From: Aigarchaeota archaeon
GTDB lineage: Archaea > Thermoproteota > Nitrososphaeria_A > Caldarchaeales > Wolframiiraptoraceae
Assembly: GCA_025059415.1 (NCBI GenBank)
Contig: JANXDQ010000002.1
Location: forward strand, 9,940 to 55,512
DNA length: 45,573 nt
Direction: 5' to 3'
Positions 1 through 8,548 of the stretch are shown here, piece after piece; position 1 is the stretch's first letter; each line of letters opens with the position of its first letter. Made by a program: the position numbers and the translations under genes. The notes below the pieces were generated by a model, which was not told the DNA's origin, made no database searches, and was given only the letters and a program-made list of their open reading frames with translations.

Positions 1-385
1 CCATTATAGCTTGGTCAAATTCCCTGATTTTCGGCGGAATCACCTCTTCAGCTCCCAAGATATCGTAGATTAGTAGGCCGAATCCGTGGAGGGCCAGGAC
101 ATTTTCGTCAACGGCTTTTTGATATTTCCTCGGAATCGCCAATATAACCCCATTAAATTTCCCCTTGAGTTTCTCTGCTTGAAGCAATGCGTCCTGTATC
201 GCGCCCCGAGCCGCGAAAGCTTCTTCACTTAAAATTCCCACCACGATTTCCCTACGTCCATCCGATAGAACTAGTCTATCGAAATATCCTGACTCTGGGC
301 CGCTCCCATGTTCAACTTCATAGAAGCCTTCTTCCTCGTAGATTGTGGAGATTATATCTCTGGGCCTCGGCTTTTTACGCGACAT
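1..385 (-). CDS. Hypothetical protein, 5' part only (runs off the left edge); last gene of the crenactin cluster
   Basis: Hand translation of the minus strand gives an open frame from ATG at 385-383 to the window edge: MSRKKPRPRDIISTIYEEEGFYEVEHGSGPESGYFDRLVLSDGRREIVVGILSEEAFAARG... The ORF track misses it because it is truncated. The ATG overlaps the crenactin stop region by 11 nt. I recognise no family. Confidence 0.55.
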   Translation of the reverse strand, partial: MSRKKPRPRDIISTIYEEEGFYEVEHGSGPESGYFDRLVLSDGRREIVVGILSEEAFAARGAIQDALLQAEKLKGKFNGVILAIPRKYQKAVDENVLALHGFGLLIYDILGAEEVIPPKIREFDQAIM

Positions 386-1652
386 TCATCCACCCCTCCA
401 TCCTCTCCCATCTCCACTCATAGTCTATTGGAACCGCATATCCATATACAATGCATCCCTTCCATACGGAGAATTTTGGATCCCCGGTGACCACCACCTC
501 CACGTTCTCGATGCCCTTTTCCACGAGCATCTCCTTCGACTTGAGGTCGGCGGTAGTTGCCACCGATTCGAGCCCTCTTGGGATTCTCCACCCGAAGTTT
601 CCGCCGGAAAGTAGGATCTTCGAGTAAAGGTATGGTTGAAGCTCTATCGGACATTTTTCAACCGAGGTGATTACCGCTTCTGCCATATCCATCATCCCAT
701 AGAAGTATGTGTCACCTATCTTGACGTCTCCGGGCCTAGGCATCCCCCTCGCAAAGTAGCTCTGGAAGATCTCGTGGCCGGGGTTAAAGACGTATTCGCC
801 TATGAGGAACCTAGTCCAGGAGAGATCCTCTAAGTCTATTTTCACCCTCGTCCCCGGGATCTTCAGGCTCGCCCTGACCTTATCCGGATTGCTTTTCGCA
901 AATTGGATCGCCTCACTCAAGTTCCTTGGGAGAAGGCCTATCTCCTCTTTGATCTTCCTCACCAAGCTCTCTTCCTTTGCCAGGTCTCCATATCCCGCGT
1001 CTTTCAGGATCTCGGCGGTGAGGATGTTTGCCGCATCCCCTCCCCTATTCAAAGCTATAACAGCATCTCTAACGGGGTACATCGATATCGGGCATACCTG
1101 GGTGTTGCCGTGGCCGGATTCGACGACCGTGCAGGTTGGGGTCTTGTGTGCTATCGCGACCGCGAGCGGCTGGGGTATGATCGTCGCCGCCCTAATCAGA
1201 ACCCTCCCCCGATTCATCTCTTTGAATACTTCGAAGAGTCTTTCATACATGTATCTGGGAGCGACGACGGATATGCTGGCGACGGCGTAAAATCCTTGAA
1301 AATCATCATATTCGGGGGCGAATATCTCAAGGGCGTATTTTGTAAGCTCCTCGATAACCTTCCAAGCCCTCTCATCATCCTTTGGTATTATCCCGTTGCG
1401 CATGGGGTAGACCATCCTCTTTGCCAACTCCTCCCTCGACTCCAAGAACATGGGCACATCCCTTCCAACCACTATCTCTTTGCGGACTCCCATCAACCTC
1501 GACATTAAGGAGCTGCTATCCACGAAGTATCCCCTATTCTCCACGACCTCCGGCACCTCGCCCAGGGTTATGGGGCCGAACTTGAAGTCGCTCGTCCCGT
1601 AGTCTAATCCAAATACGTGCTCCCGCTTGTATTCCTCGTTCACTTCATCCAC
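375..1652 (-). CDS. Crenactin (archaeal actin-family cytoskeletal ATPase)
   Basis: 425 aa with actin-fold motifs: phosphate-1 FGLDYGTSDFKFGP, phosphate-2 VVESGHGNTQVCP, adenosine ILLSGGNFGW. The N-terminus resembles Pyrobaculum crenactin (..FGVDFGTSYVKYGPITL..). GTG start overlaps the upstream ORF. Confidence 0.85.
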   Translation of the reverse strand: MDEVNEEYKREHVFGLDYGTSDFKFGPITLGEVPEVVENRGYFVDSSSLMSRLMGVRKEIVVGRDVPMFLESREELAKRMVYPMRNGIIPKDDERAWKVIEELTKYALEIFAPEYDDFQGFYAVASISVVAPRYMYERLFEVFKEMNRGRVLIRAATIIPQPLAVAIAHKTPTCTVVESGHGNTQVCPISMYPVRDAVIALNRGGDAANILTAEILKDAGYGDLAKEESLVRKIKEEIGLLPRNLSEAIQFAKSNPDKVRASLKIPGTRVKIDLEDLSWTRFLIGEYVFNPGHEIFQSYFARGMPRPGDVKIGDTYFYGMMDMAEAVITSVEKCPIELQPYLYSKILLSGGNFGWRIPRGLESVATTADLKSKEMLVEKGIENVEVVVTGDPKFSVWKGCIVYGYAVPIDYEWRWERMEGWMNVA

Positions 1653-2197
1653 CCCATGATCCTATCCAGTAAACTCTTAGGGGATTTTGTGTTAATCAGC
1701 TTTTCATGAATCTTCTTCATGACGTTTCTGTTTAATTCGCCCCAACCAACCCTATAAGATATGGTTAACGCCCTCGCGGCCGGAAAACTCTCCACTTTGA
1801 GCTGGACACCGAACTCCTTGATCCTAAAAACCCTCTTCTCGCCCAGTTTTATCCCCAAATTTTCCGCCGCCTTCTCCGCCGCCTCGGCCCTCAAGTGGTA
1901 ATGCACCTCGATATACCAGCATTCCCGAATCGCGGCTCTACTGAAATCCTCCAATACCTCGGGGTTCGCCGATCTAAGGGAAAAGATCACTTCGTCTCCC
2001 TCCAGGCTAGAACTCAAGATCTCGGCCTCAAATTCGCCTTTCGACAACTTTGGACCAGCGAGCTTCCATTCACCGGCTTCCAGGGCCCTAAATAGGGCCT
2101 CGACGTCGCTATCCCCCGATCTCAGCTTACAGACTACTCTGATGCATGGTCCTGAATCTCGAAGCACTTCCGATCGGGGATTCTGGGGGGTTGCCAA
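1640..2197 (-). CDS. Hypothetical 185-aa protein immediately upstream of and overlapping crenactin; candidate arcadin-like partner
   Basis: ORF overlaps the crenactin start by 13 nt. TTG start, with an alternative GTG about 10 codons in. Protein-like composition and an amphipathic C-terminal tail (KSLLDRIMGWMK). No recognisable family. Confidence 0.6.
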   Translation of the reverse strand: MATPQNPRSEVLRDSGPCIRVVCKLRSGDSDVEALFRALEAGEWKLAGPKLSKGEFEAEILSSSLEGDEVIFSLRSANPEVLEDFSRAAIRECWYIEVHYHLRAEAAEKAAENLGIKLGEKRVFRIKEFGVQLKVESFPAARALTISYRVGWGELNRNVMKKIHEKLINTKSPKSLLDRIMGWMK

Positions 2198-2225
2198 ATA
2201 TATTTTTAGGGGTTAAGTGAAAGTG

Positions 2226-4415
2226 CTAGGCTTCTTCGACGAAGTCGGAGATCTTCGGGAGCTCGGGTGGGAGACCCTTCCTCTTCCTGATTTCTTGGAT
2301 TACCTTATCCCTCAGAGAAGCGGGAACGGGCTTCCAGGCATAGAACTCCGTCGCCCAAAAGGCCTTTCCCATGGTGGCGCTCCTCATCACCTCGCTGAGG
2401 TCAAATGTCTCGGAAGCGGGGATCTCGCCGGAAACCACTGTTATGTATTCCTGTTGCATGACGTTTAATATCCTCCCGCGTTTACCAGTTATGACCGATG
2501 TGACGGCTCCGAGGAGGTCTGGCGTTATCTTAGCCTCGATTTTTAGTACCGGCTCTAAGAGTATGGGATCTGCACTTAGGATGCTGGCATAGAGGGTTCT
2601 CCTGGTCGCCGGGACTATCTGCGCGTATCCCCTATGAACTGGATCTTCGTGAAGTTCTACGTTCACTAGTATGGCCTTTATCCCCCTCATCCTCTCCTCG
2701 GTAAGCGGCCCTCTCTCCATTACCTCTTGGAACCCGGAGATTATCAAAGCCTTCGATTCTTGGAGGTACTGAGCGCCTTTGGTCATGTCAACGAGTATGT
2801 TTCCCCTCGGGTCTATGTCCCAGACGTTTCGAGCCATGTCGGCATCCCATCCATGATCACGGAGAATCCTCGCGATTTGTTTCCTATCCATTTCGTTGAA
2901 TAGCTCGCCTCTCCTAATGAGCTCTATTATCTCATTTTCTAAGGGCTCGACCTGCATGTAGATCCTGTTATGTTTATTCGGAGACTTGCCCTCGAAGATC
3001 CTTCCGCCTTTTGAGATTGTTTCCCTATAGAGGATGATCGGCTTGCTGGCCACGACTTCTATTCCGGCCTTAGCTATCCATGTGAGCGCGATTTCGAGGT
3101 GAAGCGTCCCCATCCCGCTGATCAGGTATTCGCCTGTCTCAGGCCTAACGGTCGTAACCAGGGTCGGGTCCTCGATCGAGAGCTTATTCAGGAAGTCAAC
3201 GAGTTTTGGCAGATCCCTGCTATGCTTGGGCTCGACGGAGATCGTGACCACGGGCTCGGAGACGTACTTCATGGACTCAAATGGAATTAAATCGGCGGTC
3301 GCCAAGGTGTCTCCAGCCCTTACTTCATCGAAACCTAGGACGGCGGGGATGTTGCCGGCTGGGAGCTCCCCCACGATTTCACGATTCGGCCCCATGTAAA
3401 CCGCCACCTGCTGGACCCTCTTCGTTATATTTCTGCCAATGATTTGGAGCATGTCTCCCTCTCTTGTGGTCCCGCTGAACAATCTCCCCGTGGCGACAAC
3501 GCCGGCCTGGGGATCAACCTTGACATCAGTTACTATCATAACCGTTGGGCCATTCTCATCACAGTTCAACATCGCTTTGCCTACCTCGCTATCTATGTCT
3601 CCTTTCCAGATCTTCGGAATCCTATATAGCTGGGCGACATGTGGAGGGGGGTGATGATTTATCACCATTTCGAGTATGGCCTCATGTAGCGGGGCATTCT
3701 CCCTCAGCCAGTCTATGTCATTGTTCTGGAAGGCCTTCATAACATCGCTGAACTTTATCCCCCTCTTCTGGGCCTGTGGAACTGTGAACCCCCACCTATC
3801 CTTAGCGCTACCTATCGCGACCGATCCATCCTGGAAACTCACCTTCCACTTGTCTCTGTATTGGGGCTCGGCATACATCTCGATCAGCCGATTAACATCA
3901 CTCACTATCCTAACTAGCGTCTCCTGTATCTTCTCAGGGGTGAGCCTTAGCTCCTTAATCAACCTATCAATCTTATTTACGTAAAGAACTGGTCTAACAC
4001 GCTCTTCCAGCGCCTGCCTAATGACGGTCTCGGTCTGAGTCATCACCCCCTCAACAGCGTCGACGACCACGATTGCGCCATCGATGGCCCTAAGAGCCCT
4101 AGTAACCCTCCCACTAAAGTCCACGTGTCCAGGCGTATCTATCATGTTGATGATATATGGTTTTCCATCCATCTCATAGTATAGCGAGATGTTAGCGGCC
4201 TTGATGGTCATCTGCCTCTGCTGCTCTTCCTCCAAGTAATCTAAGGCAAGCGCCTTTCCGGCCAAAGTCGGCGACAAGAGCCCAGCGGCCGCCAACAAGC
4301 TATCGGTTGTCGTGGTCTTTCCGTGGTCAACATGAGCTATCGTACCAATGTTCCGAATCTGGTCTTTCTGCCTAAGGATGTCCAAGACCTCTGAAATCTT
4401 CTTAACACGAGGCAT
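2226..4415 (-). CDS. fusA: Translation elongation factor 2 (aEF-2)
   Basis: 729 aa. G1 motif AHVDHGKTT, DTPGHVDF, NKIDR, and the diphthamide-site context HEDPVHRG near the C-terminus. Confidence 0.97.
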   Translation of the reverse strand: MPRVKKISEVLDILRQKDQIRNIGTIAHVDHGKTTTTDSLLAAAGLLSPTLAGKALALDYLEEEQQRQMTIKAANISLYYEMDGKPYIINMIDTPGHVDFSGRVTRALRAIDGAIVVVDAVEGVMTQTETVIRQALEERVRPVLYVNKIDRLIKELRLTPEKIQETLVRIVSDVNRLIEMYAEPQYRDKWKVSFQDGSVAIGSAKDRWGFTVPQAQKRGIKFSDVMKAFQNNDIDWLRENAPLHEAILEMVINHHPPPHVAQLYRIPKIWKGDIDSEVGKAMLNCDENGPTVMIVTDVKVDPQAGVVATGRLFSGTTREGDMLQIIGRNITKRVQQVAVYMGPNREIVGELPAGNIPAVLGFDEVRAGDTLATADLIPFESMKYVSEPVVTISVEPKHSRDLPKLVDFLNKLSIEDPTLVTTVRPETGEYLISGMGTLHLEIALTWIAKAGIEVVASKPIILYRETISKGGRIFEGKSPNKHNRIYMQVEPLENEIIELIRRGELFNEMDRKQIARILRDHGWDADMARNVWDIDPRGNILVDMTKGAQYLQESKALIISGFQEVMERGPLTEERMRGIKAILVNVELHEDPVHRGYAQIVPATRRTLYASILSADPILLEPVLKIEAKITPDLLGAVTSVITGKRGRILNVMQQEYITVVSGEIPASETFDLSEVMRSATMGKAFWATEFYAWKPVPASLRDKVIQEIRKRKGLPPELPKISDFVEEA

Positions 4416-4896
4416 AACCTACTCCCTTACCCACTCCGCCGAGAGGACAAAAACTCGTCTAATAAAGATTACCCAGAACCCACTAAATCCGCCCCCCATC
4501 CATTATGCAGAAACCCCTAGAGGGGAAACTTAACCACCAACAAAAACCCCTTCCAAGAGGGAAAGGAGTTGCTCATGATCGTTACGAAAGATGATAGATA
4601 AACCATAAAAAGTTTAAGAGCAAAGGTAAAATTTTAACATCAACCAAACGGGCTTTTTTAAAGGCGACACAATCCTATAGAAACAGGATTGTTTATCCAA
4701 GTATACGAACACCAGCCGATTTGTCTCCAATGTCGGCCCTTTCATTTGAACTATGGAGGTGTATTTATTAAGGACCCTGGACGTAGACCGCCGGGTACGG
4801 TCCTGTCCTAGGATAATCCCATTCGTAAAGAATAAGGTAGTTCTCCAATAATTCCGTCTACTTGGTATTGATGAGATCTATGGGATTATTTTTGGT

Positions 4897-4910
4897 AAAA
4901 TTTTTATTTT
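4897..4910 (+). promoter_or_regulatory. Candidate TATA box for the 4932 ORF (leaderless-type spacing)
   Basis: AAAATTTTTATTTT is centred about 28 nt upstream of the ATG at 4932. Confidence 0.3.
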
Positions 4911-4931
4911 CGACCTTTTACTTTTTACCTC

Positions 4932-5249
4932 ATGAATGAGAGCAGGCCAACCCCATCTAAGCTGGTGAGAAAGCGTGAAAATTTGAAGAGCGTTGATGAA
5001 AGGCTCTTTAAAGAGGCAGTTAGGATTGCCGAGAAACAACCGAGGATCGCCTTTTATTCCCCGGTCTCCAGTTGCATCTTGAATTATTGGAAAAATGTAG
5101 TTCCCAGGTTTAGTATTAGTGAGTTTTTAGCGCAGTTGGTTGAGTATGAATTGGCAAAGATATGGCCACAACTATACAATAAGGCCTTAAAAAATTTAAA
5201 GGGAAGGCGATCTAGGTCTTCGAAGAAGACGGCATCTAAGAGGGAATAA
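4932..5249 (+). CDS. Hypothetical small protein with a basic C-terminal tail
   Basis: 105-aa ORF with an ATG start and a lysine/arginine/serine-rich C-terminus (KGRRSRSSKKTASKRE). No family recognised. It lies in an AT-rich stretch. Confidence 0.5.
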   Translation: MNESRPTPSKLVRKRENLKSVDERLFKEAVRIAEKQPRIAFYSPVSSCILNYWKNVVPRFSISEFLAQLVEYELAKIWPQLYNKALKNLKGRRSRSSKKTASKRE

Positions 5250-5263
5250 GGAGAAGATGTATT

Positions 5264-6271
5264 TTGAAGCCTAAAGTGCTCGTAACTAGAAGAATTCCAG
5301 AAACTGGTATCAGGATTTTAAAAGAGCATTGTGAGATTAGGTATCGCGATGCTTTAGAGCCTATGAGTAGAGAGGAATTGCTGAAGGAGATTCGGGATGT
5401 TGACGCACTCTACTGCACCCTCTCTGAAAAGGTTGATAGAGGAGTCATTGACGCCGGGAAAAATCTGAGGGTAGTAGCGACTATGAGCGTGGGGGTAGAT
5501 CATATAGATGTAGATTATGCTACGTCACGGGGCATTTACGTGGTTTACACCCCGGGGGTCTTAACCGAGACGACTGCGGACTTTGCATGGGCTCTATTAA
5601 TGGCTGCTGCAAGGAGGGTGGTGGAAGGAGATAGGTTGATCAGGGCCGGCGGATGGAGATTTTCATGGGCCCCCACAATGATGCTTGGATACGACGTTCA
5701 TGGAAAAGTTCTAGGAATAATTGGTTTTGGCAGAATTGGTCAAGCGGTTGCGAGGAGAGCGAAGGGATTCGACATGAAGGTCCTGTACTATGACATCGAG
5801 AGGAGAGAGGACCTCGAGAAGAAGCTTGGAGTAGAGTATAGGCCCATGGACGAGATCCTGAGGGAAGCGGACTTCATAACCCTTCACATACCATTAACAC
5901 CCCAAACCGAGAGGCTCATAGGAGAAAGGGAATTGAGGATGATGAAGAAGACCGCCATCCTCATCAACACCTCTCGTGGTAAAGTGATCGATCAAGAAGC
6001 TCTCATAAGGGCGCTGAAAATGGGGTGGATAGCTGCGGCAGGACTCGATGTTTTCGACGAAGAGCCATTGCCAACGGATAGCCCGCTCATCAATTTAGAA
6101 AACGTGGTCCTGACACCTCATATTGCAAGCGCATCATATGAAACGAGGAGTAAGATGGCGGAATACGCGGCTTCTGGTTTGATCTCCATATTAAAGGGCG
6201 AGGTTCCAGACAATCTTTACAATAGAGAAGTCTTAAAGATCAGACCGTTGAGCGACGTCAAGATGATCTAA
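5264..6271 (+). CDS. gyaR: Glyoxylate reductase / D-2-hydroxyacid dehydrogenase
   Basis: 335 aa. Close collinear resemblance to Pyrococcus glyoxylate reductase (MKPKV..TR.IPE.GI..L; GIIGFGRIGQAVARRAKGFDMKVLYY; LTPHIASAS). TTG start. Confidence 0.9.
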   Translation: MKPKVLVTRRIPETGIRILKEHCEIRYRDALEPMSREELLKEIRDVDALYCTLSEKVDRGVIDAGKNLRVVATMSVGVDHIDVDYATSRGIYVVYTPGVLTETTADFAWALLMAAARRVVEGDRLIRAGGWRFSWAPTMMLGYDVHGKVLGIIGFGRIGQAVARRAKGFDMKVLYYDIERREDLEKKLGVEYRPMDEILREADFITLHIPLTPQTERLIGERELRMMKKTAILINTSRGKVIDQEALIRALKMGWIAAAGLDVFDEEPLPTDSPLINLENVVLTPHIASASYETRSKMAEYAASGLISILKGEVPDNLYNREVLKIRPLSDVKMI

Positions 6272-6289
6272 ATCAGGGAAGATATTTAT

Positions 6290-7462
6290 ATGAAAATCTC
6301 AGCCCCTCCCCTAGAAATGTTTTTCTCGAATTCGCTTCCCAGAAAAATATTCTTCGGCAGAGGTAGCCTAGAAAGGTTACCCGAAGCTCTAAGGGAACTT
6401 GAGTTAACCGGTAGAGCAATTTTGGTTACGGGGCGGCATTTCGCAAGGAAGTCCGGCTACCTTGATAAACTATGTTCACTTATGAGGTTCGTTGGCGTTG
6501 ATGTAATAGTGTATGACAAGGTCGAGCCTAATCCTTCGATCGAAATCGTGGAGGAGGGTGGGAGAATTGCCAGAGAGAAAGGCGTGGACTTCGTCGTCGG
6601 CTTTGGCGGCGGTAGCGCCATAGACACCGCTAAGGGCATCGCAGTCCTCGCCACCCATAATGGGGGTCTCGAAGAATACTTTTACCCGGCTAAAATTGAG
6701 CCCCCTCTACTGCCAATCGTCGCGATACCCACCACATGCGGTAGTGGAAGTGAAGTGACGAGATATGCCATTATTAGTAAGGGTTTCAGAAAGTATACCA
6801 TACTCAGTGAACTAATCGTCCCCACACTTACAATATTGGATTCAGAGGTCCTAAAATATCTTGCAAGGGACATAACTGCCCACACGGCGATGGATGCTTT
6901 CTCACATGCCCTAGAATCATATTATCACATTAATTCATGTGAGTTCTCTGAAAACTTTGCCAGAGATGCCATCATTATATTCTTTGAAAACTTGAGAGAC
7001 GCAGTCGATGGGGACATGGGTTCTCGTGAAAAGATTTTTTATGCGAGTATGTTGGCCGGCCTCGCCATAAACCTGGCGGGCACGTTGTTCGTCCATTCAC
7101 TGGGGTATTATATCACCCAGAAATTCGGTATACCTCATGGACTTGCAAACATGCTTTTCCTCAGGCAGTTCATCGAATATGCCGCAGAAAAGATGCCTGA
7201 TAGGACGATAGCGCTCGGAAGACTTCTAGGACTTAATTCCGTTTCTTCGGAAATTGTATCAAGGACAATAATTAATAAACTCAATGATTTAATTGAATAT
7301 CTTGATTTACCGAGAAATCTGAAGGAGGCTGGAATACCGCACTCAGAGCTCTTTACGATAGCGGAGCACGGTTTTTCATACAAGAGAAACATTGAAAACT
7401 GCAGAAAACCACCTACAAGCGAGGAAATCCAAGAGATTGTGAAGAAAGCATATTTAAGCTAA
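6290..7462 (+). CDS. Iron-containing (group III) alcohol dehydrogenase family protein
   Basis: 390 aa. GGGSAIDTAKGIAV nucleotide-binding motif and metal-binding His region AHTAMDAFSHALESYY...HG. Confidence 0.85.
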   Translation: MKISAPPLEMFFSNSLPRKIFFGRGSLERLPEALRELELTGRAILVTGRHFARKSGYLDKLCSLMRFVGVDVIVYDKVEPNPSIEIVEEGGRIAREKGVDFVVGFGGGSAIDTAKGIAVLATHNGGLEEYFYPAKIEPPLLPIVAIPTTCGSGSEVTRYAIISKGFRKYTILSELIVPTLTILDSEVLKYLARDITAHTAMDAFSHALESYYHINSCEFSENFARDAIIIFFENLRDAVDGDMGSREKIFYASMLAGLAINLAGTLFVHSLGYYITQKFGIPHGLANMLFLRQFIEYAAEKMPDRTIALGRLLGLNSVSSEIVSRTIINKLNDLIEYLDLPRNLKEAGIPHSELFTIAEHGFSYKRNIENCRKPPTSEEIQEIVKKAYLS

Positions 7463-7526
7463 TCCGATATAAAGTGATTTTACGGAAGCATATTTAAAGA
7501 AGTTTTTTCAAAGAGGGTTCAAAAGG

Positions 7527-8336
7527 ATGTTAACGGAAATTATTCGTGAAGCATTGTTAGAAGCCCGCAGGGTTCTGAGTGAATGTCTTTCAAAGGGCCT
7601 CGTTAATGTCGAAGGAAGAGGATGGTCTGGAGATTATTCGAGACAATTTGATATTTTAACTGAGAAGGCCATAATAAACGTCATCAAAAATAATCTCGAC
7701 AAGGTATACATAGTATCAGAAGAAGTTGGTGAAATTCCATGTAAGGACCCCGATTTCTACGTTCTCATAGATCCCGTTGATGGATCTACAAATGTATCCC
7801 AAGGACTTCCTTTTTCCGCATCAGCGATAACTGTGTCAAAATCTCCTAGGATAGATGATATCATCGCCGCCGGAGTAATTGATCATCAAACTGGAAAACT
7901 CTATTTAGGAGATAGGGACCGCGGCGTAATGGTGATGGGAAATCCGCCATCGATGAGGAGGAATATATCCCTTAAAGATGCATTAGTTTTCATTGACCTC
8001 TCAATCATAAAGGAAAACGAGAAAGATACAAAATTAGTGGAATGGTGTGTTAAGATGATCACAAAATCTGGGAACTCAAGATTCTTTGCCGCTGCAAACT
8101 TAGAAATATCATATATATTAGAGGGGAAAGCCGATGCGTATGCTTGTCTTTCTAGAGATTTGAAGGTTCTGGATTTCTGTGCTCCTGCGACTATGGTGAG
8201 ATGGGCTGGTGGTGAGTATAGGCTGATAAATGGTAATGAAGAAATGCTACTGACAAAGAATGGAAGATTTGGAATAATAGTTGCATCTACCAAAAATCTT
8301 CTTGAAGAAATTCTCTCATTAAGAATTACCACATAA
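7527..8336 (+). CDS. Inositol monophosphatase / FBPase-family phosphatase
   Basis: 269 aa. IVSEEVG and LIDPVDGSTN metal-binding motifs typical of the IMPase superfamily. Confidence 0.75.
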   Translation: MLTEIIREALLEARRVLSECLSKGLVNVEGRGWSGDYSRQFDILTEKAIINVIKNNLDKVYIVSEEVGEIPCKDPDFYVLIDPVDGSTNVSQGLPFSASAITVSKSPRIDDIIAAGVIDHQTGKLYLGDRDRGVMVMGNPPSMRRNISLKDALVFIDLSIIKENEKDTKLVEWCVKMITKSGNSRFFAAANLEISYILEGKADAYACLSRDLKVLDFCAPATMVRWAGGEYRLINGNEEMLLTKNGRFGIIVASTKNLLEEILSLRITT

Positions 8337-8495
8337 AAATAGAGTAAGGTCGACTTAAAATCTGCTCAAATACTCTAATGCGATTGACATGACGGGTTTC
8401 AGAAAAAGCTTATTGTCGATGAGGCGATGGCTCCGTATAGGGTGATCCCATAATACATGAGTAATCTGGCCCTCATGTCAGAGCTCAACTAAAGC

Positions 8496-8530
8496 GATTA
8501 ATCTTAGAGTTATCAGAGGGATTAATCTTA
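8496..8530 (+). repeat. Two exact copies of GATTAATCTTA spaced 24 nt apart, just upstream of taw1
   Basis: 8496-8506 and 8520-8530 are identical 11-mers, 19 nt before the start codon at 8549. Confidence 0.7.
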
Positions 8531-8548
8531 ATTTGATAGCCAATTAAG

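Noticed and set aside
802-1508. Plus-strand ORFs (162 and 201 aa) inside the crenactin gene
   Set aside because: They are antisense to a gene with clear actin-fold motifs, and their compositions are typical of shadow frames.
4866-4873. C-box-like TTGATGAG (and AATGATGA at about 10393) as possible C/D box sRNAs
   Set aside because: No matching D box (CUGA) with terminal pairing at the expected 40-60 nt distance. The second site is inside the moaC coding frame. The evidence is insufficient without RNA data.
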